DNA from: Promethearchaeota archaeon
GTDB lineage: Archaea; Asgardarchaeota; Lokiarchaeia; Sigyniarchaeales; SOKP01
NCBI GenBank assembly: GCA_019057865.1
Contig: JAHLWP010000026.1
Coordinates: forward strand, 1 to 57,578
Direction: 5' to 3'
DNA length: 57,578 nucleotides
Under the pieces are notes generated by a model that had not been told where the DNA came from, did not search any database, and was given only the letters and a program-made list of their open reading frames with translations. Positions 19,174 to 29,388 of the stretch are shown piece after piece (position 1 is the first letter of the stretch; every line of letters begins with the position of its first letter). Position numbers and translations under genes: made by a program.

Positions 19174-21087
19174 TTGATGCTTAACTTTATAGACTACTTA
19201 AAGAAGGATAATATAATAGAGACACTTATTTCACAAGAGATAAATAAACAATCCCATAAAGATTTTCTTAAAAAAATAATAGATAATATAGAAAAGTCTC
19301 AAAATTTAATTCAAAGTTCTTCGGAATCAATTAATTATAAATCTAATATTCTTAATCTTGATTTATTTGGAAATATTTATGAAAGGATATTAAATCATAA
19401 AGAAAGGAAGGCTTTGGGTGAATTTTATACTTCGTTCTCAATTGTGGATTATATTCTAAATAAAATAGGTTATGATTATAAGGATGACATTGAGCGTAAG
19501 AAACTAATTGATATAAGTTGCGGTTCAGGAAGTTTTCTAATTCAGGCTATTCGAAGATTAATAGATCGTTATAAAATAATTTACAATAAAAAAGAAATTG
19601 CTGAATTTTCTCTGAAAGAAGCTAAATCAATAATTCAAGGAGTGAAAGATAATATTTACGGAATAGATATCAATCCTATTGCATGTGTTTTATGCCAACT
19701 TAATATTCAATCCGTTTTATTTGATATTTTTAAAATTATAAGAAAGTATGAAGATAATTTTCAATTTCCTAAATTTAATATAAACAATACAAATACTTTA
19801 AGTTGCAATGAAAGAGAATCATTCAACTTTGTTGTAGGAAATCCCCCTTATTTATTTATTAGAGACATTCCAATAGAACAGAGAAGATTAATTGAATCGA
19901 GTGATTTTGATACAAAAGATGGTCAATATGATTATTATCAAATTTTTATTGAGCTTGGCATTAAATTTTTGAAAGATCAGGGATTCCTTGGGTATATCGT
20001 TCCAGATTCACTTCTGGCTTTATCAAATCGATCTTCAATTAGGAAATTTATTTATAATTCTACTAAGATTAAAGAGGTTTACCATACTGGTCCAAAATTT
20101 GATGACGTTATTGTCTCAAATATTATTTTAATTCTGGAAAAAGAAAGATTAAAGGAAAATAGAGAAAGAAATATAATCCAAATTCATTATGGATTTCTAA
20201 AAAAACATCAAATTACTCAAAAATTAATTGAAAAATGGGATTATAAATTTTTGATAAATTTAAATTCTATGGATATTGTCATCCTAGACCATTTAAATAA
20301 TAATTTTCCAAAGTTGAGCGATTTAATAAACAGTGAAAATTTTACTATTCTTTTAAGCAGAGGTATTGAATTAGGAAAAGCAGGTAAGGTAATTTTTTGT
20401 ACTAAATGTCAAAAGTATTTACCATTACCAAAAAAAGAATTAAAATGTAATGTATGTAATAGTTCTTTAAATGAAGATTTAATAGAAACTATAATTTATG
20501 AAAATTTTACAAGAGGAAAAGAGAGAAACTTAAAACCTTTCATTTATTCAATAAATCGATACAAAATTAAAGATTTGAAATATATTGACATTGAGAAACA
20601 AGGTATAAACTACAAGAACTTAAAAATTTACGAAAACCGAATTATTATAAGGCAATTAAGTGAACATAATCTTATTTCTGCTACTTATGATAAAAATTTT
20701 TCACTTACTTCCCAATCTTTTTACAATTTGAAAATATTGAATTCAAATGCTGCTGAATTTAATCATTTGTATGTTTTAGGGATTATTAACTCCACACTTC
20801 TCTCATATTATTTTATAAAATCTTTTGGTTCATACAAAAAACTATTTCCAAGAATATTAATCGAAAAAATTAAAGATTTCCCAATCAAAATTCCTAAGAC
20901 AAATGAAGAAAGAAATTTAGCAAGAATAATAGGAGAAAAAGTATCTCTTTTACTTAATTCAACTGAAATGAATAATAATTTAAATCTTAATATTCAAAAA
21001 AAAATTGATCTCCTAGTATTTGAGTTATATCAAATTCCAACAGTAAATCAAGAGTATATTTTCGATTTTATGAATAATTTGAATTAA
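19174..21087 (+). CDS. N6-adenine DNA methyltransferase (gamma class, Eco57I/TaqI-like) with target-recognition domain
   Basis: GEFYT, DISCGSGSFL, YGIDIN, VGNPPY; TaqI_C-like GIINS.LL..YF...PIKIP. Confidence 0.9.
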   Translation: MMLNFIDYLKKDNIIETLISQEINKQSHKDFLKKIIDNIEKSQNLIQSSSESINYKSNILNLDLFGNIYERILNHKERKALGEFYTSFSIVDYILNKIGYDYKDDIERKKLIDISCGSGSFLIQAIRRLIDRYKIIYNKKEIAEFSLKEAKSIIQGVKDNIYGIDINPIACVLCQLNIQSVLFDIFKIIRKYEDNFQFPKFNINNTNTLSCNERESFNFVVGNPPYLFIRDIPIEQRRLIESSDFDTKDGQYDYYQIFIELGIKFLKDQGFLGYIVPDSLLALSNRSSIRKFIYNSTKIKEVYHTGPKFDDVIVSNIILILEKERLKENRERNIIQIHYGFLKKHQITQKLIEKWDYKFLINLNSMDIVILDHLNNNFPKLSDLINSENFTILLSRGIELGKAGKVIFCTKCQKYLPLPKKELKCNVCNSSLNEDLIETIIYENFTRGKERNLKPFIYSINRYKIKDLKYIDIEKQGINYKNLKIYENRIIIRQLSEHNLISATYDKNFSLTSQSFYNLKILNSNAAEFNHLYVLGIINSTLLSYYFIKSFGSYKKLFPRILIEKIKDFPIKIPKTNEERNLARIIGEKVSLLLNSTEMNNNLNLNIQKKIDLLVFELYQIPTVNQEYIFDFMNNLN

Positions 21088-21089
21088 AT

Positions 21090-21290
21090 TTATATTTTTT
21101 GTTTCTTAGCGTAATAGTTTGTTAATATTTTATCCCATTTTTCTGCTAATTCGTTTAATTTTGTTTTTCTAAATAATTTAACTGCTCGGTCTAATATCTT
21201 CGCTATATTTTCTTCATATTCTAAGATATCTTGTTTTTCATCTTTTAAATAGACAAATCCTTTCATGTATAAAAAATGGACAAAAATCAA
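21090..21290 (-). CDS. Small hypothetical protein or gene remnant
   Basis: Short helical ORF filling the gap between two + strand genes; no recognisable motif. Confidence 0.3.
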   Translation of the reverse strand: MIFVHFLYMKGFVYLKDEKQDILEYEENIAKILDRAVKLFRKTKLNELAEKWDKILTNYYAKKQKI

Positions 21291-21403
21291 ATAAAAAATA
21301 TTATAGTATGGAGATGTAGTCTAAATCATCTTTTAGTAATATCTAAATAGATATTTTTATATTATCTAACAATATTATATTCTTAATTGTATAATCAACA
21401 AGT

Positions 21404-22399
21404 ATGAAAACTGATGAAAAAATGGAAAAGCTACCCGATGAAACTCTTCTAAAACCAATATTAGTAAATTACATGAATGAGATTGATGGGGTACTAGCGG
21501 TAGCGATATGTGATAGAAATGGATTTATTATTTCTTCAGAATTTAAAGAACAAGCGGCTGATGAATCAGTAATTGGTGTTATTTCGGCAATTCTTGACAG
21601 CTATATTGACAGAATTAAAAGCGAATTTGGATCTTTTGGAAATTTTTTTAATATTACGACTACTGGTGATAAAAAATTCGCATTTGCTAGTATGGGTCCA
21701 CATTCAATTCTAACCACAGTTGCAGACCCGTCAACTTCCGATGTTGAATTAAAAGTTTATTCTGAACATGTAACAAGTAAAATTGAACTAATTTTAGAAG
21801 GTAATGAAGATGTGTCTCCACAAATTCCTGAGATAATAAAGGCATTGTCTAAAACTCGAGTTGGACAACTTTCAAAATTGGAGGGAGAGTTTTCAAATAA
21901 ATTAATATTAACTGGAGATTATGCAGTTGGTAAAACATCTCTTATTAGACGATTTGTTGAGAATAAATTTGAACAGGATTATATCTCTACTATTGGTGTA
22001 CAAATTTCAAAAAAGATCGTTAATATAAGTGAGCAAACAAAAATGAATTTCATCATTTGGGACATCGGTGGACAGGTTAAACAAATGGCACCGTATCGAA
22101 AAAAATTTTATAGTGGTACTAACGCTGCATTTATTGTTGTAGATCGAACTCGCCCAGATAATTTAAAAAGTGTTGATTTTTGGTTTAATGATATCAAAAA
22201 ACAAATTCCTAAAGATATCCCAATTGTAATAGTTGGCAATAAATCCGATTTAGTTGATGGAATAGTTATTAGTGAAGATGACATAAGAACTATTGCAAAA
22301 GAATTTGGTTTCCATTACATTCTTACCTCTGCCAAAACTGGAGTTGGTGTTAATGACGCTTTCTTATATGTTGCTTATAGAGTTATAGAAACTCTATAA
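21404..22399 (+). CDS. Roadblock/LC7 domain fused to a Rab-like small GTPase
   Basis: N-terminal GVLAVAICDRNGFIISS roadblock; G1 GDYAVGKT, G2 YISTIG, G3 WDIGGQ, G4 NKSD, G5 TSAK. Confidence 0.9.
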   Translation: MKTDEKMEKLPDETLLKPILVNYMNEIDGVLAVAICDRNGFIISSEFKEQAADESVIGVISAILDSYIDRIKSEFGSFGNFFNITTTGDKKFAFASMGPHSILTTVADPSTSDVELKVYSEHVTSKIELILEGNEDVSPQIPEIIKALSKTRVGQLSKLEGEFSNKLILTGDYAVGKTSLIRRFVENKFEQDYISTIGVQISKKIVNISEQTKMNFIIWDIGGQVKQMAPYRKKFYSGTNAAFIVVDRTRPDNLKSVDFWFNDIKKQIPKDIPIVIVGNKSDLVDGIVISEDDIRTIAKEFGFHYILTSAKTGVGVNDAFLYVAYRVIETL

Positions 22400-22546
22400 A
22401 TTGTAAGAAACAAACTTTTTATTTACTCTATTTCTTTTAAATAATAGATAATTTTAATATTGAAATTAATTAATGGAGGTAGTACCAAGATTCTTAAAGT
22501 GTTTTTTAATCAAATATATGCGACTTGAAATGCAGCTGGCTACATA

Positions 22547-23407
22547 ATGGGTTTCTCAATTAAAGAAATTACATATAAACAAAAATATCTAATATATTTA
22601 ACAGAACAAGAATATTCAGGACCTTGGTTTAGCTTTAAATTAAAAGGAAAAAAAGTAGGTACTATTCCTGTTGTTTTAAAAAACGTTGAACCAACTCCTG
22701 TTTATAATATGGTTAATACCCGTATGGGTTCTGTTATCCATAGAGTTACCCTTGATTTCAATATCACAGAATACCTGAAAAAACTTATGAAAGAAGGAAA
22801 ATTAAAGGCTCATTTATTAAATAAAAAAGAATTCGTTCGCTTGTATATAGATATCTTTAACCGTCCAAAAGTACCTTATATTAATACATATTTTACGCTA
22901 AAAAATATTTCAGACTACAATTTAAACGATTTTTCAATGTATTTTGTATTTGACTTCGATATTAATGGACTAGAAGGATTTGATAACGATTTTTCAGGAT
23001 ATGATAAAGAAAGTGATATCATTTATCAATATGACAAAACAGGGTTGCATGGGGGCTTTTCTCCCATTTCTAAATCAACAAATTTCGAATCATGCTTAAC
23101 AAAGGACTTCAAAATAAATAATGAAAAATTGAATCTTTCAAATAAATTGTATGAAGGTTCTGGAGAGATTTTATCAGCTTTACAGATTAAATTCATGACA
23201 TTAGAACCTAATCATTCATTTCAAACCGCTCTGGTAATTTCGGGTGGAGAAGGTAAAACTGAGTTAATAGAAAACATACAAACCGGAAAAATTAATGCTA
23301 TTAAATATTTAGGGCAAGTAAATAGATCAGTTAAATCAGAGCAACGGAATTTACAAGAGGAGGCATTTATAAAATTGAATATACAAGAAGGTAAAGAATG
23401 TGAATAA
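22547..23407 (+). CDS. Hypothetical protein, beta-rich
   Basis: 286-aa ORF, co-oriented with the GTPase gene; FVFDFDING motif; no family recognised. Confidence 0.6.
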   Translation: MGFSIKEITYKQKYLIYLTEQEYSGPWFSFKLKGKKVGTIPVVLKNVEPTPVYNMVNTRMGSVIHRVTLDFNITEYLKKLMKEGKLKAHLLNKKEFVRLYIDIFNRPKVPYINTYFTLKNISDYNLNDFSMYFVFDFDINGLEGFDNDFSGYDKESDIIYQYDKTGLHGGFSPISKSTNFESCLTKDFKINNEKLNLSNKLYEGSGEILSALQIKFMTLEPNHSFQTALVISGGEGKTELIENIQTGKINAIKYLGQVNRSVKSEQRNLQEEAFIKLNIQEGKECE

Positions 23408-23492
23408 ATAAAATCCAATATGATGATTCAAATAAAAAATCCTTTGATGGGAAGTTATTTGATGAATGCTATGCTCGAGTATGGATTATAAT

Positions 23493-24749
23493 TCAAGTTG
23501 ATATAGTAGTCTTTAGATTTTTAAATAAAATTGATAATTGAAATTCTTTTGAAATAATTTTTTCAAAAAATATAAAATGAATTGGTTTAGAAATTTCAGA
23601 ATCTGTTAAAAAAGTTCTGATGAGATCAATAATTACCTTATCATTTGAAAAGTCTGAATTAATAACAATAACATAGTTCCTAAAATTACTCCATCCTTCT
23701 TTCTCATTAAAATAATTAAGAATCGAATTTTCTTCAAATTTCGATTTAAATTCTCTTAAAACAAATTCTTTATTGAGTTTCTCCCTGTCTAATAATAGAT
23801 AATCCAAAATGATTACTTCATTTTCACGATTTTCTAAAATGATAATTCCTTTTTGTTTCTGTTTTTCAAAAGAAATTTTAATATCTTCGACTTTACCTTT
23901 TTTAAAAATCTTATAAATTAAAAATTGATAATCTTTAAAATAGCCAATCTTAGTTTCTCTTATTTTGTTTCTAATAGTTTCTTTAAAGTCTTCATTTAAT
24001 TCATAACCAATTCCTTTTCTAAATAGAGATTTTGCGACTTTTAATGTTGTACCTGAACCAACAAATGGATCCAAGACTTTATCTCCTATGAAAGAAAACA
24101 TTCGTATTATTCTATAAGGTAGTTCTTCAGGAAACATTGCGATGTGTTCTTTCTGGATCATTCCTGGAAATCTCCAATGCCCAACATACCATTTTTTCCA
24201 CTCATTTAAAGAGATTTTAGATAATTCTTTAATTTTAAGATCAATTTTCCTTCCTTTTCCCGCGTGTTTTTTAAAAATAAGTATATGTTCATAATCAAAA
24301 GTCAATAAACCATTCCTAGGATAATAGATTGAACCCATTAAAGAACAACCACCAGTAGTATTAGTTGTACTGATTTTTTGCCATATAATATCCCCTAAAA
24401 AATCAAATCCTATACTTAAACAATCAGTTACAATTTTACTAGATATTGATAGAATATGATATCTTCCAAATTTAGAGGTTCTTAGATATTGATCTCCAAT
24501 ATTAATTATCATTCTACATGTAGGTTCAAGAACACGATAACATTCACTCCAAACTTGTTTCAATCGTTGAAAATATTCTTCGAAAGAATCATAATATCCA
24601 ATTTGTTCTTCAGAACCATAATCTTTAATTTTTCCATAAGGAGGAGAAGTTATTATTAGTTGAATCGAATTATCTTTGAGTTCATCCATTTTTTCAGATG
24701 ATTTATAATAGACTATTGGTTCATTAATTTCAAACAAAGGGTCACACAT
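23493..24749 (-). CDS. Beta-class amino-DNA methyltransferase (probably N4-cytosine) with C-terminal extension
   Basis: ITSPPY precedes HIAMFP and VLDPFVGSGTT...GYEL (beta order); SPPY is typical of m4C enzymes. Confidence 0.9.
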   Translation of the reverse strand: MCDPLFEINEPIVYYKSSEKMDELKDNSIQLIITSPPYGKIKDYGSEEQIGYYDSFEEYFQRLKQVWSECYRVLEPTCRMIINIGDQYLRTSKFGRYHILSISSKIVTDCLSIGFDFLGDIIWQKISTTNTTGGCSLMGSIYYPRNGLLTFDYEHILIFKKHAGKGRKIDLKIKELSKISLNEWKKWYVGHWRFPGMIQKEHIAMFPEELPYRIIRMFSFIGDKVLDPFVGSGTTLKVAKSLFRKGIGYELNEDFKETIRNKIRETKIGYFKDYQFLIYKIFKKGKVEDIKISFEKQKQKGIIILENRENEVIILDYLLLDREKLNKEFVLREFKSKFEENSILNYFNEKEGWSNFRNYVIVINSDFSNDKVIIDLIRTFLTDSEISKPIHFIFFEKIISKEFQLSILFKNLKTTIST

Positions 24750-24857
24750 TAAATTGATATTAAAGTAAAATTATATTTCAAAATTTAAGATTCAAATTCT
24801 TATACATCAATATTTTATTAAAATTTATATAAATAACTATCAAAGATTAGATATATT

Positions 24858-26387
24858 ATGGGTAAAAGTGCTAAAGTAAATAAGATAATCTTAATTATTC
24901 TTGATGATGTTAGAGCAGAACATTTATTTAATTTGATGAGGGAAGGAAAGCTTCCAAATATAACTCAAATTGCTGAACATGGCATAATATGTGAAAGTTG
25001 TATTACTTCCTTTCCAAGTGTCACCCTACCTTGTTATGCTGATATCATAACTGGTTGCAATTCTGGCTATTATCCTAAAGAGGGAAGTGGAGTTCCTAGT
25101 TATCATTGGCTTAATCGTGCAGATCCTCCTTCAGAAAAAAAGAAACCACCTTTTATTCGTAATTATAGCGAACGACGTGATTTATTTAAAATCAACAAGG
25201 ATATTGGTTCAAATGTTAAGACTATTTTTGAGCAAGCGGGTGATGGAAATTTTTTAAGCGCTACTAGTTTTCTATATAGAGGTTCTACATTCACTACTTC
25301 AAAGGAATTTAAAGCGGAATTAATATTAAAAAGAATTGAAGATATTTATAATAATCCTGGAGAGATTTTTGCCGATAAGGAAATCCCAAAAATAAGTGTA
25401 GGATATATACCACATACTGACCATTTAATGCATGAAAGGGGATTTGATCATCCTGACTATATAAATCTTGTCCTTGATTGTGATAAATATATTGGGTCGT
25501 TGATTAAAACACTTAAAGATACTGAAACTTATAAGGATACAGCTATATGTATTACATCCGATCATGGTAATTATAAAGCTCAAAAAGTCTATGATCTTGA
25601 ACCTTTCTTCCAAGAAAAAGGTTTGAGACCTTACGATCCTAAAATAGGGGCAGGAGATTTTGATGCTAACTTAGGCGGTGTTGGATTCTTTAACTTTAAG
25701 GGAGATACGTGGCAATACCATCCTACAATTAATCAAATGAAAAATTTTAAGCCAAGTGGAACTGGAAGCTCTTCATTGGATTTATTTAAAACATTATCGG
25801 AAATTCCTGGTGTGAAACTAATGTATTATGGGGATGACAATAATTCACCTGAAAAAGGGATCATCTATCTTGAGCGTAGAGATGATAAATCTGGCAAATT
25901 ATTAAAAGGTAGAATTGAATATTATGGAATAGGTAAAAACCAAAAAACAAGATATTCATTTGAAAGTGAAGATCTATTTAGTTATGTGAAATATGAAGAA
26001 TCAGCTGCTCTTCTCGATAATAAATTCCATACTATTGATGAGTGGGTTGGTGCAACTTCTCAAATTGATTTTATAAATATTATAGACCAGCTGCCACGTC
26101 ATTTTAAAAATCCTCGATCATGTGATATAATAATATCTACGGTTGGAGAATATTGCTTTAATTATGAACATGGAAAAACTAAAGGTTCTTCTCTGTATTC
26201 TCATGATATTGCTCTAAAAAAATCAATGACGGTCCCTTTAATTATTGGAGGGTCCCCAAGGATTCCTAAAATAGAACTAAATTATTGTAAAACTACTGAC
26301 ATTGTTCCCACACTTCTAGAATTATTAGGATCTAAATCAGATCAAAGCGTTGTCGGTAAATCCGTATTAGATTATGAAAAAATATGA
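24858..26387 (+). CDS. Alkaline phosphatase superfamily (nucleotide pyrophosphatase/phosphodiesterase-like) protein
   Basis: IILDDVR, FPSVT nucleophile, DHLMH, TSDHG, C-terminal SHD...DIVPTLL. Confidence 0.85.
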   Translation: MGKSAKVNKIILIILDDVRAEHLFNLMREGKLPNITQIAEHGIICESCITSFPSVTLPCYADIITGCNSGYYPKEGSGVPSYHWLNRADPPSEKKKPPFIRNYSERRDLFKINKDIGSNVKTIFEQAGDGNFLSATSFLYRGSTFTTSKEFKAELILKRIEDIYNNPGEIFADKEIPKISVGYIPHTDHLMHERGFDHPDYINLVLDCDKYIGSLIKTLKDTETYKDTAICITSDHGNYKAQKVYDLEPFFQEKGLRPYDPKIGAGDFDANLGGVGFFNFKGDTWQYHPTINQMKNFKPSGTGSSSLDLFKTLSEIPGVKLMYYGDDNNSPEKGIIYLERRDDKSGKLLKGRIEYYGIGKNQKTRYSFESEDLFSYVKYEESAALLDNKFHTIDEWVGATSQIDFINIIDQLPRHFKNPRSCDIIISTVGEYCFNYEHGKTKGSSLYSHDIALKKSMTVPLIIGGSPRIPKIELNYCKTTDIVPTLLELLGSKSDQSVVGKSVLDYEKI

Positions 26388-26403
26388 GAAGAATGAATGA
26401 TTT

Positions 26404-29199
26404 ATGAAAGCAACTAACATAATTATAGTCCCACACACACATTGGGATCGGGAATGGTACCTAACTTTTCAAGAGTTTCGTGCTAAACTTGTAATAATGA
26501 TGGATAAATTGATAAACATATTGCGAACTGATCCAAACTATACTAATTTCACTCTGGATGGGCAGACAATTCCTATAGAAGATTATTTAGAAGTCAAGCC
26601 TGAAAGGAAAGAGGAACTAAAACAATATGTAAGGGATAAAAGACTCTCTATAGGCCCCATATATGTATTGCCTGATGAATTTTTAATTAGTGGTGAATCG
26701 TTGATACGGAATTTAATAATCGGTCATCAAATAGCCGAAAAATTTGGGAGGGTAATGAATGCGGCCTATATTCCTGATCCATTTGGGCATATCGCACAAT
26801 TGCCCCAAATTATTAGCAGTTTCGAGATTCCCTCAATTATATTTGAAAGAGGTTTTGGTAATGAATTTGAAGAGAATGATCTAAATATGGAATTTATTTG
26901 GGAATCTCCAGGAAAAGCAGCTTCAGTTTTAGCCATTCATTTAATTAGAGGATATGGTTCTTTAGTATATTTAAATACTTCATTAGAAGATGGAAAGTAT
27001 AAAAAAGCACTGGAAAAGATAAAGAGGGTAGCGCTTGATATAGAACGATATACTGCAACACCAATCGTATTACTTAATAATGGTTCAGATCATCGAGAGG
27101 CATACTCCGAAATTCCTGAAATAGTTAAACAATGGAATGAGTTAAATCCTGATGTATTGTTAGAGCAAAATGACTTTGAGTACTACATTGATAAAGTTCT
27201 TTCTGTAAAGCCAAAATTAAGATCCTTTCAAGGTGAACTCAGAGGTAGTAAATACTCACCTATTCTATCTGGAGTATTGTCTGCTAGAATGTGGATAAAA
27301 CAAAGAAATACAAAAATAGAATATTTATTTGAAAAATATGCTGAGCCAATTTCAGCCGTTACTTTGGTTCTTGATAAATATCGAAAATTTGCTTACCCAT
27401 ATACTTATATTCGCAGCGGGTTAAAATGGTTAATTAAAAATCATCCTCATGATTCAATCTGTGGATGTAGTATTGACCAAGTTCACAATGAAATGGAAAC
27501 ACGATTTGATTGGGCTGAGCAAATAGGAATTGAAGTATTTAATCTCTCATTTATGTATCTTTCTAACTTAATTAATTTTAAACTTCAAGAAAGTAATAGA
27601 ATTGCTTTAATAATCTTTAATCCCTTACCATGGAAACGCAAAGATATTGTAATCTTCAATGGAATTTCAAAAGCAAACAATCTACAAAAAAAATTTCCTA
27701 AAGATTTTAAGTTAATAGATTCAGACAATAATGAAATTGAATATCAAGGTTATTTTCTTCCAGGAGAACCTAGATTTTCTAGAGAAAATGATATAAATTA
27801 TCAATTCTCATTTTTAGCGGATGTTCCTGCATGTGGTTATAAAGTGTATTATGTAATTCTCGAAGAAGCAGCTAAAAAAATTAGTATTAATGAAACTGAT
27901 TTTATTCTGGGTGAAAATTCAATTGAGAATGAATTTTATAAGGTTGACGTAAAAAATAATGGGCAAATCAATATCTTTAATAAAAAAAGAATGATACAGT
28001 TCGAAAATGTATGCCAATTTGAGGATGTAGCTGACTGGGGAGATGAATATGATTTTTCAGGACCGACACGTAAACAAGTAGATAAAAAATATACAACCAA
28101 GGATGCTGAAATTTTAGAATTAATGCCTTTCTTAAATGGTCCTTCTCAAAAATCAATAAAAATCAAAATGATCATGAAATTACCAGTGTCATTATCACCA
28201 GATCGTTCACAAAGAGAAAATGATCTTATTGAAAATGTCATTAATCTTTATATTTCATTATATAAAGGGATTAATCGCATAGATTTTAAAATAGATTTGG
28301 AAAATAAGAGTAAAGATCACCGGATTAGAGTACTGTTCCCCTCAAACATTATATCAGATAAAGTATTCTGTGATGGTCATTTTTTTATCGTCTCTAGAAA
28401 TGTTATTTTACCAAATGGTAAGCATTGGGCACAGAAACCTTCAAAAACAAACCACCAAAAGGATTTTATAGCATTAAATGATGATTCAAAATGTTTTGCT
28501 ATTCTAAATCGAGGATTACCAGAGTATGAAGCAATAAAGAATGACGATGGCACAATTACGATAGCCTTAACTCTTTTACGGAGTATTGGTTGGCTTTCAA
28601 GACCCAATTTAGATTCTAGAAGAAGTGATGCTGGACCAAGTCTTAAAACTCCTGGTGCCCAATGTATAGGGAACTATACTTTTGAATTATCATTAGTTAT
28701 AGAAGATTATCAGAAACATTGGATTGATTCAAAGGTCCATATTAAGGGAAAAGAATTTAATTGTCCTTTAAAACCTTTATTCCCTTTAATGTTCAAATCC
28801 ACTCTAAGGAGCACAGATTTATTAATGTTATCACGAATGGGTTTATTATCTGCTTTAAATAAATTACCAGATAAAAAAGGGGATTCTTACTTACCAAGTG
28901 AATTAAGTTTTCTTGAAATAGATAATAAGAATATCATTCTAAGCGCCTTAAAAAAATCAGAAAACGGAGATTATTTAATTATTCGAGTTTTTAATATCTC
29001 TCCCTTCTTACAAAAGGTAAAATTAAGTTTTTTTAAGGAACTTTCGATAAACAATGCTGAAATTGTAAATTTCTTAGAAGTAAAACCAAAAAATGAAATC
29101 AAGGCAGAAATTGATAAATTTTACCAAAATGAACTTATAATTACAATGGAACCGCATGTTATTGCTACAATTAAGCTTGAGTTTAATTCCTTAAGGTGA
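26404..29199 (+). CDS. Glycoside hydrolase family 38 alpha-mannosidase (MngB-like)
   Basis: PHTHWDREWY, LDGQ, PDPFGH nucleophile, NGSDH, HPHDSICGCS. Confidence 0.92.
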   Translation: MKATNIIIVPHTHWDREWYLTFQEFRAKLVIMMDKLINILRTDPNYTNFTLDGQTIPIEDYLEVKPERKEELKQYVRDKRLSIGPIYVLPDEFLISGESLIRNLIIGHQIAEKFGRVMNAAYIPDPFGHIAQLPQIISSFEIPSIIFERGFGNEFEENDLNMEFIWESPGKAASVLAIHLIRGYGSLVYLNTSLEDGKYKKALEKIKRVALDIERYTATPIVLLNNGSDHREAYSEIPEIVKQWNELNPDVLLEQNDFEYYIDKVLSVKPKLRSFQGELRGSKYSPILSGVLSARMWIKQRNTKIEYLFEKYAEPISAVTLVLDKYRKFAYPYTYIRSGLKWLIKNHPHDSICGCSIDQVHNEMETRFDWAEQIGIEVFNLSFMYLSNLINFKLQESNRIALIIFNPLPWKRKDIVIFNGISKANNLQKKFPKDFKLIDSDNNEIEYQGYFLPGEPRFSRENDINYQFSFLADVPACGYKVYYVILEEAAKKISINETDFILGENSIENEFYKVDVKNNGQINIFNKKRMIQFENVCQFEDVADWGDEYDFSGPTRKQVDKKYTTKDAEILELMPFLNGPSQKSIKIKMIMKLPVSLSPDRSQRENDLIENVINLYISLYKGINRIDFKIDLENKSKDHRIRVLFPSNIISDKVFCDGHFFIVSRNVILPNGKHWAQKPSKTNHQKDFIALNDDSKCFAILNRGLPEYEAIKNDDGTITIALTLLRSIGWLSRPNLDSRRSDAGPSLKTPGAQCIGNYTFELSLVIEDYQKHWIDSKVHIKGKEFNCPLKPLFPLMFKSTLRSTDLLMLSRMGLLSALNKLPDKKGDSYLPSELSFLEIDNKNIILSALKKSENGDYLIIRVFNISPFLQKVKLSFFKELSINNAEIVNFLEVKPKNEIKAEIDKFYQNELIITMEPHVIATIKLEFNSLR

Positions 29200-29370
29200 T
29201 TAAAAGATATATGGAAACAAAAATTATTGGATTCAATTAAAGACTTCAAGCATCCTGCGTGGGGTTTTGCTCATTTTACTCATGTTTATGAATTATCATT
29301 AGAATTAGCAAAAGCTAAAGAGACAAACCAATTTAAATTAATTGACAAAATTAATAATATAAAAATATAG
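29200..29370 (+). pseudogene. N-terminal remnant of an HD-domain protein; not in ORF track
   Basis: LKDIWKQKLLDSIKDFKHPAWGFAHFTHVYELSLELAK resembles the H..RV..la..la start of HD domains; ends before any HD motif. Confidence 0.45.
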
Positions 29371-29388
29371 AAAAAAAAAAAGAATTAG

